A DNA stretch of 64,000 nucleotides from Candidatus Poribacteria bacterium (GTDB taxonomy: Bacteria > Poribacteria > WGA-4E > WGA-3G). The DNA is taken from the NCBI GenBank assembly GCA_965197475.1, contig CBDANF010000003.1, forward strand, positions 992,001 through 1,056,000. Direction: 5' to 3'. Each line of letters begins with the position of its first letter. Within the stretch, counting starts at the first letter, position 1. Position numbers and translations under genes: made by a program. The notes beneath the pieces are model-generated. The model saw only the letters and a list, made by a program, of their open reading frames with translations, was not told where the DNA came from and did no database searches. This document shows, one piece after another, positions 30,864 through 40,123 of this stretch.

Positions 30864-31502
30864 AAGTTCCTCCGGTATGAGTCGTTCAAACAACTCAAAA
30901 TCATACACCACCCCGCCAAAGAGGTAGAGTGCATAAAGTAATTCTGATTGCGTTTGCTGGTCAACGGGAGCGGCATGCGTTGCATCAACGCATTCTCGCG
31001 TCCACTGTTCAATGCCCATCCCTGCCGGCGGTTTCATGAGCGGTGTAAACGGCAGGATACCTGGTGCATGCATCTCCAAAACAGCTTGCCCCTCTATCTC
31101 AATGAGTCGTATCACCTTATAGTGCAGGGTGTATGCGTACCCGCGCCAACTATATTCGTATATCCCGGTGTCATTTCTTCCTGCATTTGGATGGAAATAG
31201 ATGACGTTAGAGTAAACAGGTATTTCGTGTGTGCCAACGAGATACCCGTGGTACGCTGCGTTTCGTGCCCACATCGGTTTACGTGTGCTATCGCGAAGTT
31301 GCAATTCAATGTGTAAGATCGCTTCGCGATTGTCAACACGTATGCGCTTTGTGCTATCGGTGCGTTGTGCTATAACGATTTGTTGTTCAGAATCAATATT
31401 TTCAAGGACTTCAACATCTTTCATGCCGAGTACAAACTGTGAGATTTCGGTGGCAAAATCTGTCAAAAGGTCTTTTGCCATATTATCGTAGTCTTGTGCC
31501 AT
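30639..31502 (-). CDS. Rpn-family PD-(D/E)xK nuclease / putative transposase (RpnL)
   Basis: YDNMAK..., RTD...LHIELQ, P.M..R..Y, helical C-terminal tail. Start corrected to MAQD at 31502. Confidence 0.8.
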   Translation of the reverse strand: MAQDYDNMAKDLLTDFATEISQFVLGMKDVEVLENIDSEQQIVIAQRTDSTKRIRVDNREAILHIELQLRDSTRKPMWARNAAYHGYLVGTHEIPVYSNVIYFHPNAGRNDTGIYEYSWRGYAYTLHYKVIRLIEIEGQAVLEMHAPGILPFTPLMKPPAGMGIEQWTRECVDATHAAPVDQQTQSELLYALYLFGGVVYDFELFERLIPEELMRESKTYQRQMEKAARETTIKHILALLKLKMPADAVNALVPTLQNIDDLHRLEQLLLAAAKVQSIEAFTQMLHE

Positions 31503-31508
31503 AGAGAT

Positions 31509-31537
31509 ATTGTATAGCAGCGTGTGTGAAAAGTCAA
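31509..31537 (-). promoter_or_regulatory. sigma70 promoter predicted to give a leaderless rpn transcript
   Basis: TTGACT-17-TACAAT, with the -10 ending 7 nt before ATG 31502 and no SD. Confidence 0.6.
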
Positions 31538-31581
31538 GGTGAAAGAACGCCGCTTGTAAACGGTAATCGAACTTATACCAA

Positions 31582-31713
31582 CAGGACTTACGCATTTCCT
31601 CTTAAAGTCCCCCTGATAAGGGGGACTTAGGGGGTTAAAATACCAAAATTCTGCTTATTTAACTCCCCTAACCCCCCTAACCCCCCTTATCAAAGGGGAA
31701 TGCGTCCGTCCTG
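31582..31713. mobile_element. MITE-like element
   Basis: Imperfect TIRs CAGGACTTACGCA / TGCGTCCGTCCTG. Internal hairpin taaagtccccc-tgataa-gggggacttag and aacccccct repeats. A GTAG-REP follows at 31738-31761. Confidence 0.6.
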
Positions 31714-31823
31714 ACCAAATTAACTTGATCCTACTCGGTAGGTGGGGTTTCTAACCGCACCCCATACTTAAGAAAAACAAGATTAATCAGGTTAATTCAG
31801 GATTATATGGCCCTCCTGTGTTT

Positions 31824-34800
31824 CTAATCGCTTTTGAATTCGGCATCAATATGTTCGCTGTTCAATTTTACAGAGCGGGTAGTGTTTTCCGAAAACCCTT
31901 CGGATTTATCAGCGGTAACAACGATTTCGATCTTTACTCCACCGCCATCGGCTTGCAGCGTACGCACAATTTCGTCTTGGATTACTCCAATCTCGTCAGC
32001 AAAAGGTAGTTCCAACTGCAAGGTTTTGGTAATGACAACACGCTTAGGCCCAGTAGGTGGTGGAGTTTTTTTACCTTCTTCGGTTGCATCGGTTTTCTGT
32101 TCTGTAGTTTCCTTTGCATCTTCTTCGGTTGCATCGCGTTTCTGCTGTTCCTTTTCTTGCTGTTCTTTTTCTTCCTTTATTATTTTTGCCAATTCAGGGT
32201 TTATCAGGATAGCAGCAGAACCTTTATCTCTTGGGAGGGCACCCGCATTTTCTTCAAACCGGAAGTTGACGTAATCGCCATCTGTGTAGGCATGGGCAAA
32301 TCCGAATGTGCCTGCTAATATGCCATCTTTGATACATGTTGAAAGAACACCCCGATCCCTTAGTCGTGGCATGTAAACGTTTTGCGCCATAAGTTCCCAA
32401 AGCGTGTCTATTTCAATATGTTCTTGGTAAGCACTGTTGCTCCAAATATATTGCTGCAACTTTTCGGCAAATACTGAAGGTGCGATTTCTTTAATGACAG
32501 TATCATCAGCGATAAATTGATCTCGCATGCGAGGCACGATATTAAGATTATCTGTTTTTGTGGTAACATCAGAAAAATCGTATTCGTTTTTCTGTGGATC
32601 ATTTTGCGTCGGCACAAGCCCCCATCGGTACGCTTTAAAAAGTGTTGTAGAAACTGCATCGTCAGCGGATTCAAGATTTTCTGTCGTCTGGTCTAAGCGT
32701 GTACCTTCAAGGTTTCTCAGTGCACTATGTAGGTTATCTCCATTCCTAATAGAATTCCATGCAAGATAGTTTTTCACAAGATTTTTGAGTTCTCGGACAT
32801 CATCACGTTTTGAAGTGATAAAGAGAAGGGTATTTTTGAAGATACGTTGCTTTTCGTCATCACCACAATATTTGAGGATATCAAGTGCTGTGGGATGTGC
32901 GGTGTCGTCATCCTTTTCTCGACTTGCAAGGGATGCCTGCGGTGGAAGTATAACGAATTGTATATCTTCAGAGTCTTCTACCATACTCGGTGATGTGGGG
33001 CAAACTTGTACATTCGGCACGCGTCCAATTGCTCTTTCTAATCGTGACACAATTTCACTATAAATATCTTCATCAGTATATTGTTCAGCACGGTCTATAG
33101 CAACCTTGTTGAGGTTCTCCTGAGTGTGGAAATAGTATCTATCGCCTAAATTATAAAGATAGTATAAATTACCAGTCATTCTGCCAAGTGCGTCGTTGTA
33201 GGTAGAAACGGTTTGTCCCGGTTCAACAACACCGAGATGAATCTGACGAGTCGTTATACCTTTAAATGCGCCACCTGTAGCACTACCAAGAAACACAGTA
33301 CGGGCGATCCGGCGTGCAGCACCACCAACATTAACAAATACTGTGGATTTCATGTCAATTTGGTCGGTGCGGGAACCGTGGCTGTCTACCTCTTTTACGA
33401 CCGGGTCCCAATTTCCACCGGACTGAGCGAGCAACCGAGTGAATTCATCAGCGAGTGCGGGATCATCCAAGGGTAGGTTTGCAGGCATTATCAAGAGGGA
33501 TTGATCCTGCTCTCTGTAGAGGCGGGAAATATAGGTTGCCATAATGCGCAGCACACCACGGGTGCGCTGAAAACCGGGGATGACTGACCAGTCTTGAAAA
33601 AGCCGATCAAATATCTCTGGATGGATCGGGTAACACGCTTTCATACGGTTTAGGTAGTCCTGTTCGGTTACATTGTCGGGATATTCGCGGCGCGCGTTCT
33701 GGTACATTTTTCTGAACGCTTCACAGGTCTGGTCACGCTCTGCCTCGTCAATTACAGGACCGAACAATCGTCTACGGACTACCTCAAATGCGTTATCAAC
33801 TTCTAAAGGAATTGAGACAGCATCAACCCGTTTAAGGATTTCCTCAAGATCATCAAGAACAGTCATTCCTACTTGCCCGCCTGCCTGCGTCTTGCCCTCT
33901 GGTAAAGTTGCCACAAGTACAACATTCTTAGATCTTTTTATAGATTGTGTGAGTGTTTGAAAGAAGGTATAGAGACGTGCTTGCACATCACTCTGTACAT
34001 TCCGCACATAAGCAACAAGCTCATCAATTAAGATAACAGAGGGACCGACGTATTCAAAAAGTTCGTCCAACTGTTTGCCACCAGGAGAAATTCCTTTAAG
34101 TGCGGCATCCCGAATAAAATCGTAAGCATCCTGACCACCAAGTTGATCCGCCATTCTACCCCAAAGTGTGTTAAGTGGACCTCCCCGTTTGGTTTTATCT
34201 GCATCAGTTGTTGAGAGATAGGTACCGACAAGAACAGAGACGTTGGCATTGATCGGGGTGTTCGGATCCCAATCTGCTTCCGCCATAATTTCGTCGATTT
34301 CTTGACGGAGTCGTGCGTATTCACCGTCTGCCGGCAGTTCTCTCAGGATGTTTGCCCCGTTGATGAGGTGATAAAGAGCAATAAGACTATGAGTTTTTCC
34401 ACCACCAAAACCGGTTTTAAGTTGGATAACAGGGTCACCACCTTTACCGGAGAGTCGCTTCAGTGTATTCACTAAAAGTTGATGGAGCCCGGGTGTGATA
34501 TATGTTTGATTAAAAAAGATGTCAGTTTTCCCGTATTCTTCGGTTTTCGCTTTTCCTTCAAAAACCTCCTGGAGATCTGCTGCGAATTCCGATTTATGAA
34601 AGGTGCCCTCAATAACATCATTATTTGGGAGTATCACGTCTCGCCAAGGTGTTAAGTCAGATGCCTTTCTACGTGGTAGTTTCGGTTTCTCATCAGGAGT
34701 TTGCACTACGCTGCTTAACAACTTGTCACGGATGGCTTCAACTTCTCGCTTCTGTTCAGGTGCGTTGATTTGTCCAAGTATATCGGCAATTTCATGGAGT

Positions 34801-35117
34801 CTCCCAATCGCGTACCCCACAGGAAGATCTTCTGTCCCAGGGTGTGAGACCCTGTTTCGTGCCTCTGTGATGACACCCACAGCACTACGCACCTCCCGAT
34901 CTGGGTCAAAACGTTGTTCAAAGGCTTCATACCAGTGTTTTCTGAATAAGTGTGGGAAATCGTTAATATCAATATCTGTTTCATTATGAATATTTTCTTC
35001 TATAAGTAAACCAGACACAGACTTCATGCTTTTGAATATAAAGGCGCGCATGGCATCGCGATAGATGTTGAGTGCTTTATAAAGCGCGTCTTGGTTGGGA
35101 CTCTTTGACAAATTCAC
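31824..35117 (-). CDS. DUF499 AAA+ ATPase (BrxC/PglY-related) with N-terminal Swt1-like HEPN domain
   Basis: HEPN RNRVSH, EFAADL, Walker A GFGGGKT, Walker B VILIDE, YPIHPE, FQRTRGVLR. Confidence 0.9.
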   Translation of the reverse strand: MNLSKSPNQDALYKALNIYRDAMRAFIFKSMKSVSGLLIEENIHNETDIDINDFPHLFRKHWYEAFEQRFDPDREVRSAVGVITEARNRVSHPGTEDLPVGYAIGRLHEIADILGQINAPEQKREVEAIRDKLLSSVVQTPDEKPKLPRRKASDLTPWRDVILPNNDVIEGTFHKSEFAADLQEVFEGKAKTEEYGKTDIFFNQTYITPGLHQLLVNTLKRLSGKGGDPVIQLKTGFGGGKTHSLIALYHLINGANILRELPADGEYARLRQEIDEIMAEADWDPNTPINANVSVLVGTYLSTTDADKTKRGGPLNTLWGRMADQLGGQDAYDFIRDAALKGISPGGKQLDELFEYVGPSVILIDELVAYVRNVQSDVQARLYTFFQTLTQSIKRSKNVVLVATLPEGKTQAGGQVGMTVLDDLEEILKRVDAVSIPLEVDNAFEVVRRRLFGPVIDEAERDQTCEAFRKMYQNARREYPDNVTEQDYLNRMKACYPIHPEIFDRLFQDWSVIPGFQRTRGVLRIMATYISRLYREQDQSLLIMPANLPLDDPALADEFTRLLAQSGGNWDPVVKEVDSHGSRTDQIDMKSTVFVNVGGAARRIARTVFLGSATGGAFKGITTRQIHLGVVEPGQTVSTYNDALGRMTGNLYYLYNLGDRYYFHTQENLNKVAIDRAEQYTDEDIYSEIVSRLERAIGRVPNVQVCPTSPSMVEDSEDIQFVILPPQASLASREKDDDTAHPTALDILKYCGDDEKQRIFKNTLLFITSKRDDVRELKNLVKNYLAWNSIRNGDNLHSALRNLEGTRLDQTTENLESADDAVSTTLFKAYRWGLVPTQNDPQKNEYDFSDVTTKTDNLNIVPRMRDQFIADDTVIKEIAPSVFAEKLQQYIWSNSAYQEHIEIDTLWELMAQNVYMPRLRDRGVLSTCIKDGILAGTFGFAHAYTDGDYVNFRFEENAGALPRDKGSAAILINPELAKIIKEEKEQQEKEQQKRDATEEDAKETTEQKTDATEEGKKTPPPTGPKRVVITKTLQLELPFADEIGVIQDEIVRTLQADGGGVKIEIVVTADKSEGFSENTTRSVKLNSEHIDAEFKSD

Positions 35118-35149
35118 AAGTTGATACTCCCTCTCCGATTTTTTTTAGT

Positions 35150-35178
35150 AGTGTAACAGATTTTTGGTTTTTGGTCAA
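35150..35178 (-). promoter_or_regulatory. sigma70 promoter of the DUF499 gene
   Basis: TTGACC-17-TACACT with TGn extension. Confidence 0.55.
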
Positions 35179-35261
35179 GTGGAAAATTGTCCTTAATTAA
35201 AAAATGAAGCAACCTTGAAAAACAAGGCTGCAAAAAAGTGTGTGAATAACTATTTTGTTCA

Positions 35262-36524
35262 CTACTCACGCACCTGACCATTCCCATAAATAATATATTT
35301 ATAACTCGTCAGACCCTCAAGTCCCATCGGACCGCGAGAATGAAGTTTTTGCGTGCTAATCCCGACCTCAGCACCTAACCCAAATTCGTAGCCATCGGTG
35401 AAGACGGTGCTGGCGTTGACGTAGACAGCTGCAGAATCAACCTCTTTGAGAAAACGTTGCGCCGCTGTATAACTCTCAGTGATAATCGCATCCGAATGAT
35501 GCGAACCGTAGGTTTCAATGTGGTCAATCGCCGTGTCCATATTGTCTACCACCCGAATGGAAACGATGTAATCGAGATATTCTGTGCACCAATCTTCTTC
35601 GGTTGCGGGTTTCGCCGCAGAGTAAATCTGCTGCGTCCGTTCGCACCCGCGGATTTCAACCTTTGCATCCTGCAACGTCTCACAAAAATCGGGAAGGAAT
35701 TTATGAGCAGCATCGGCGTGGACAAGCAGTGTCTCTAAAGCATTGCAGACAGCGACTTTATAACCGACCTTCGCATTCATGCAAATCTTGGTTGCCATGT
35801 CAAGATCAGCAGCTTCGTCAACATAGATATGACAGATACCGTCGGCATGTCCGAGCACTGGGACATCTGATTCCCTCATCAGAAACTGAACGAATTCGTT
35901 ACTACCACGTGGAATGACAAGGTCAATGTATTCTGGGAGACGAATCAGTTCGTAGACCGCTTGCCGGTCAGTAGTATCAACGAACTGAATCGCATCTAAC
36001 AGACCTTCTGCGGAGGCGGTATCGCTGAGGATACGGGCAAGTATCGTATTGGAGTGGATCGCTTCGGAACCGCCTCGAAGGATAACCCCGTTTCCGGATT
36101 TGATGCAGAGTGCCGATACTTCAACGGTTACGTCAGGACGCGACTCATATACTACACCAACGACACCGATAGGCACTCGGACTGTGCCAATTTTGAGTCC
36201 GTTGGGACGTTCCCCCATACTAATGACTTCACTGATCGGATCCGGAAGTGCTGCAACTTGGCGTAGGTTATCCGCCATCCGCTCAATCTTTTGATCGTCT
36301 ATTAGGAGCCGTTGCATGAGCGGCACAGCAAGTCCCGTTTTCTCGCCGTTTTCCAGGTCAAAGCGATTTACCTCTTGGATATCCTCCTTCGCTTTCAGGA
36401 TGTTTTCAGCCATCGCTAAAAGCGCGTTGTTTCGGATATCAGCCGAACTTCTTGACAAAATCCGCATCGCCAATTTTGCCTTTTTGGCTTTTAATTGGAT
36501 CATATTTTGGATGTTTTCGTTCAT
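35262..36524 (-). CDS. proA: Gamma-glutamyl phosphate reductase
   Basis: YESRP, LRGGSEA, VCNALET, GISTQKLHSRGPMGL. Start moved to MNEN. Confidence 0.96.
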   Translation of the reverse strand: MNENIQNMIQLKAKKAKLAMRILSRSSADIRNNALLAMAENILKAKEDIQEVNRFDLENGEKTGLAVPLMQRLLIDDQKIERMADNLRQVAALPDPISEVISMGERPNGLKIGTVRVPIGVVGVVYESRPDVTVEVSALCIKSGNGVILRGGSEAIHSNTILARILSDTASAEGLLDAIQFVDTTDRQAVYELIRLPEYIDLVIPRGSNEFVQFLMRESDVPVLGHADGICHIYVDEAADLDMATKICMNAKVGYKVAVCNALETLLVHADAAHKFLPDFCETLQDAKVEIRGCERTQQIYSAAKPATEEDWCTEYLDYIVSIRVVDNMDTAIDHIETYGSHHSDAIITESYTAAQRFLKEVDSAAVYVNASTVFTDGYEFGLGAEVGISTQKLHSRGPMGLEGLTSYKYIIYGNGQVRE

Positions 36525-36786
36525 ATTGTCCTTTTCTATGAAGAAGAGCAAGGAAGGCAAATTTCACGGTGTTCTAAAAATGTTGGCTCTCGGAAAAACA
36601 AATGTTCATCAAATTTTACTTTCAAGATAATTATAACATATCTCAAGTCCAAATCCAAATTGTTTTGACACGTCCACCTTACAATTTTAGTGTAACCCAC
36701 GACGCAAACTGTGTAAACAAAACTAAATCAATTTACGTTATTAAAGGTTAAATTGTTAAAATCTATTCCAGTTGTTAGAGGAAAAA

Positions 36787-37425
36787 ATGACTCAGAAAAT
36801 TTTTTCTATCTCAGCACTATTTGTTAGCCTGACGCTTTTAGCCATATTAGGCTGCGGTAGTGATGAGAAAGTAACTGAAAAACCTAAAAAGCCGACTGAA
36901 CCAGAGTCGTTTAAATTAAATGAAGATCTACTTGGTACCTGGAAGGTTGTATCTATCAACGACGGACCAGCTTTGGAATTTCTTGTTGAAGACGAACCGG
37001 ATGTAGAGGATCGTCCGAAAATAAGCATCAATAAGTTTAACTACGATTTTGCAGAGGATGGTTCCATGACTTTGAACGTTGATGCAGTAATGTCCCAATT
37101 TCCTGAAGAACCTCCAAATGAGGCTGGAGAAAGAGAGGGAAAGGTCGAGATTACTGGGATGTGGTCCGGCACGTACGGTCCCAGAGACTCACACCTAACC
37201 ATAATCATAACGGAAAAAGACTTGAGCTTTACACCTTTGCCGAAAGATCTATTTGAGAAGATATTTGGGATTAAAGAAATTGAGGCACAGCAAGAACTGA
37301 CTGAGGGATTCAATTCACATATCTTTACGCCCTTCGCGAAAACCTTTTTTACCATAGAAGGAGAAACACTTAATCTTGAATCCTCTGGTTCTGCAAAAAA
37401 CAAGATGGTTTTAGAAAAACAGTGA
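36787..37425 (+). CDS. Lipocalin-like lipoprotein
   Basis: Lipobox ILGC; LLGTWKV motif. Confidence 0.6.
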   Translation: MTQKIFSISALFVSLTLLAILGCGSDEKVTEKPKKPTEPESFKLNEDLLGTWKVVSINDGPALEFLVEDEPDVEDRPKISINKFNYDFAEDGSMTLNVDAVMSQFPEEPPNEAGEREGKVEITGMWSGTYGPRDSHLTIIITEKDLSFTPLPKDLFEKIFGIKEIEAQQELTEGFNSHIFTPFAKTFFTIEGETLNLESSGSAKNKMVLEKQ

Positions 37426-37455
37426 GTTTTCCTCCTCTTCAGTTTATTGTTCACA

Positions 37456-37501
37456 TATAATTAAGGACATCGGATAGTTACATCCGATGTCCTTAATTAT
37501 A
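37456..37501. terminator. 20-bp perfect inverted repeat between convergent genes (bidirectional terminator)
   Basis: tataattaaggacatcggat-agttac-atccgatgtccttaattata. Confidence 0.75.
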
Positions 37502-37524
37502 ATGCCTCAACGATAGAATGACTG

Positions 37525-37980
37525 CTATTCGTATTCCTTCAGAAATCCTCTGAATTCCCTGCGATGCGTTTCTTCATCCGCGAGAAGCCTGATGCAGAGG
37601 TCCTGCGTGACGTAGTCTATCCCGTCGCAAAGACGGATAATTTTATTGTATTGTTCAATTGCGGCGTTTTCGGCTTCAATGACACCGTGAATAGCTGTGA
37701 CGACATCTGTAGAATTTTCGGGCGGTTGAAGCGAAGCTTGTTCCGGTTTAAACGCGAACGAACCGGGCACACGGCCGCCGATTTCTTTGATACGAGAGGC
37801 AAGATCCTGTGCATGTGTAATTTCCGTTTGAATATCCGCTGCGAGGGATTTCTTTATCTCTTCTGCGCGGATACCGTCCAAATCAACGGAAATTGCCAGA
37901 TAATTAATTGTTGCTTCCAATTCCATCCAATAGGCACAAATAAGCTCTTGAATGAGTACGTCTCTTTTTGCTTGATCCAT
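37525..37980 (-). CDS. Ferritin-like (bacterioferritin/DPSL-type) diiron protein
   Basis: E..Y, EITH, EAE..AI..Y, DEETH diiron motifs. Confidence 0.85.
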   Translation of the reverse strand: MDQAKRDVLIQELICAYWMELEATINYLAISVDLDGIRAEEIKKSLAADIQTEITHAQDLASRIKEIGGRVPGSFAFKPEQASLQPPENSTDVVTAIHGVIEAENAAIEQYNKIIRLCDGIDYVTQDLCIRLLADEETHRREFRGFLKEYE

Positions 37981-38255
37981 GATTTTCTCCAATCATAACG
38001 TGTTGAGTTTCAATGTAATGTTTTTCATCTATAGAAAACAGTATATCATAACACTAAAAATCCAAATGAACCCTATAAAATATTTAGGTTCGGCATCACC
38101 CATGGATAACCATCTGGATGCGCTAATATATTAAACGATATACCATAGGTTTCGGTTAACATTTTTTGCATTAACACAACCTCAGGCGGACAGAAACTAC
38201 AGAAACACCATCTTTCAACATTAAGAGAAGAAATTACATCCCGTTGCTGTGTCGG

Positions 38256-38612
38256 TTAGTGTACCTTGAAAGGCTCACCTCGCGGTTCTTCCTTTAGCTC
38301 TGGCTGAGCAGAATCCAGAAACACCTCATGAAGTTCGAGTTTGTTTGATTGAGTGAATGCCTCTTTTGGCATCGTGCCAGATTGCGCGTGTCCCTTACGG
38401 AATTCTTCAGAATTAACCCAATTCTCAAAATCCTTCCGTGATTCCCAGAGTGTAAATACAACATAAGGGTCACCATCATTGACTGGTCGCAAAACCTGAT
38501 TAGAGATGAAACCCGGCATTCCATCAACGAGGCGGGCACGATGCCGAAACCTCTCTTCAAATTCCTCGTGATATTCGGGTGCGACGTAGATTCGATTTGC
38601 AACTGTAATCAT
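38256..38612 (-). CDS. ABM-family monooxygenase, IsdG/HmoA-like heme-degrading candidate
   Basis: N6, FEERF..R, MPGF, WES..DFE.W..SEEFRKGH; Fur-like box upstream. Confidence 0.75.
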   Translation of the reverse strand: MITVANRIYVAPEYHEEFEERFRHRARLVDGMPGFISNQVLRPVNDGDPYVVFTLWESRKDFENWVNSEEFRKGHAQSGTMPKEAFTQSNKLELHEVFLDSAQPELKEEPRGEPFKVH

Positions 38613-38621
38613 AATGCATCC

Positions 38622-38650
38622 TTATTGAAAATGAGTCTCATTATCAATAA
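38622..38650. promoter_or_regulatory. Fur-like box 1
   Basis: ttattGAAAATGAGTCTCATTATCaataa; consensus promoter TTGACA-17-TATAAT at 38699-38727 (minus strand). Confidence 0.75.
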
Positions 38651-38755
38651 GGTCTGGTTAGAAACAACTCTTATGCTGTTTTTTAATACCACGTCTCTAT
38701 TATAATATATCTTTTAAACAATGTCAAATTTTTAATTCAAAATTTTACGATAATT

Positions 38756-40078
38756 CTACTGAATCTGTTCTACTACTTCTTTACCAGCTTTAAAAAGATC
38801 ATGTAGATGTAGATAACGAAAAAGTGAACTTCTCCCTGTGAGATATAAATTCTCAAACTGCTCAAAATAATCAACGAGCTGCTTCACGTTTTCTTCAAAC
38901 CCCACCTCAAGCACCGGATAAGCAAAGGGCAGCTTGTACGTTTGATAATGGATAACCTCATCAGAATGTAACGGTTTGACGCGACACAACGCTTCCCACA
39001 CCTCGGCGCGGAGTGCTGTTTCCGACATTTCCCATACGGGGTTCTTGCTAAAGCAAGGTATTTCAAGCACGATTACCGTTTGTCCTTCAGGTGCCATATA
39101 AGGACTGCGATTTTTAGGTTCATACAGACGCGTAAACGGAAATTCTTCACTCGGGAAATAGAGTGAGGCATTAGGCGAAAAAGAATCTCGGTTCAAGCAA
39201 AAGACGCAAAGCACGAGGTGCCGATATTTTATTGTATTCGCAATCGCACAAAGTTCTGGTGGCGGTGCTGGTTCTAACATTCGCATTGAAAGTGTCAGCG
39301 GTAATGTATTAATCACAGTGGTCATCTGGAACTCAAAGTCGTCATTTAACACGATGCTTTCAATTCTCCCGCCTTTGTGAATGATACGACTTATCCGGTG
39401 ATTGTACTTGATTCGTTCATCCCCAATGAATTCACACAATTTATCGGGAATCATACCGATACCGTGTTTTGGATAGAAAAAAGAGCCGTCTAAATGTGTC
39501 GGATTCTGCGGCGCACCTAACACAGTTGAACGGAGAAAACTCCAAAAGTCTAACCCTTTGAGTCGGTTACCTGAAATGGCAGTGGAGAGTTTGTGCGTTG
39601 GCTCTCCCCACAGTTTTTCGGAATAGTTCAGCAGAAAACGTTCCGCCAATGTTTTTCCATATCGTCTTAGAGCAAGTTCTTTAAAGTTTTCTGCTTGTTT
39701 TCTATTTCCACTAATCAGTTTATCCCATCCAATTTTGAGTAAAGTCTTCACCTCCAGTTTTCCGATCAGATCACTGAGCGTTAGCGGAAACCGATAAAAC
39801 TTCTCTTGGAAAAAGATTTCGCTTGGTGCATCTACTCTTAGTAGATCATCACCGAGAAGGTGTTTAACCTCTGCTGTGACTTCTGGGTCCTTATCGTGGA
39901 AACGATGTGCCCCAGTATCAAATCGAAAATTATTCAACTGGAGTGTTCGGCAGTTTCCACCGACGTGCGCGCCCGCTTCAAAAATGAGAAAATTGAGGTT
40001 CTGTTTCTTGGCGTAATAACCCGCTGTTAGTCCAGCAGGACCGCCGCCGAGAATATGAATATCAGCAGTTTCCATCAT
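38756..40078 (-). CDS. FAD-dependent oxidoreductase (protoporphyrinogen oxidase / UDP-galactopyranose mutase-like)
   Basis: GGGPAG, VGGNC, FDTGAHRFH, AYP, GR..LFRY. Confidence 0.75.
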   Translation of the reverse strand: MMETADIHILGGGPAGLTAGYYAKKQNLNFLIFEAGAHVGGNCRTLQLNNFRFDTGAHRFHDKDPEVTAEVKHLLGDDLLRVDAPSEIFFQEKFYRFPLTLSDLIGKLEVKTLLKIGWDKLISGNRKQAENFKELALRRYGKTLAERFLLNYSEKLWGEPTHKLSTAISGNRLKGLDFWSFLRSTVLGAPQNPTHLDGSFFYPKHGIGMIPDKLCEFIGDERIKYNHRISRIIHKGGRIESIVLNDDFEFQMTTVINTLPLTLSMRMLEPAPPPELCAIANTIKYRHLVLCVFCLNRDSFSPNASLYFPSEEFPFTRLYEPKNRSPYMAPEGQTVIVLEIPCFSKNPVWEMSETALRAEVWEALCRVKPLHSDEVIHYQTYKLPFAYPVLEVGFEENVKQLVDYFEQFENLYLTGRSSLFRYLHLHDLFKAGKEVVEQIQ

Positions 40079-40123
40079 ATTTCATGTCTCACTTATAGAC
40101 CCAATCTAAATTTCCTTTCAGAC

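Noticed and set aside
31503-31595. N-terminal extension of the Rpn ORF (MRKSCWY...)
   Set aside because: It begins inside the MITE terminus and runs through the promoter. Family similarity starts at MAQDYD.
27442-35117. Prophage or integrative element
   Set aside because: No integrase, att repeats, or structural or conjugation genes were seen.
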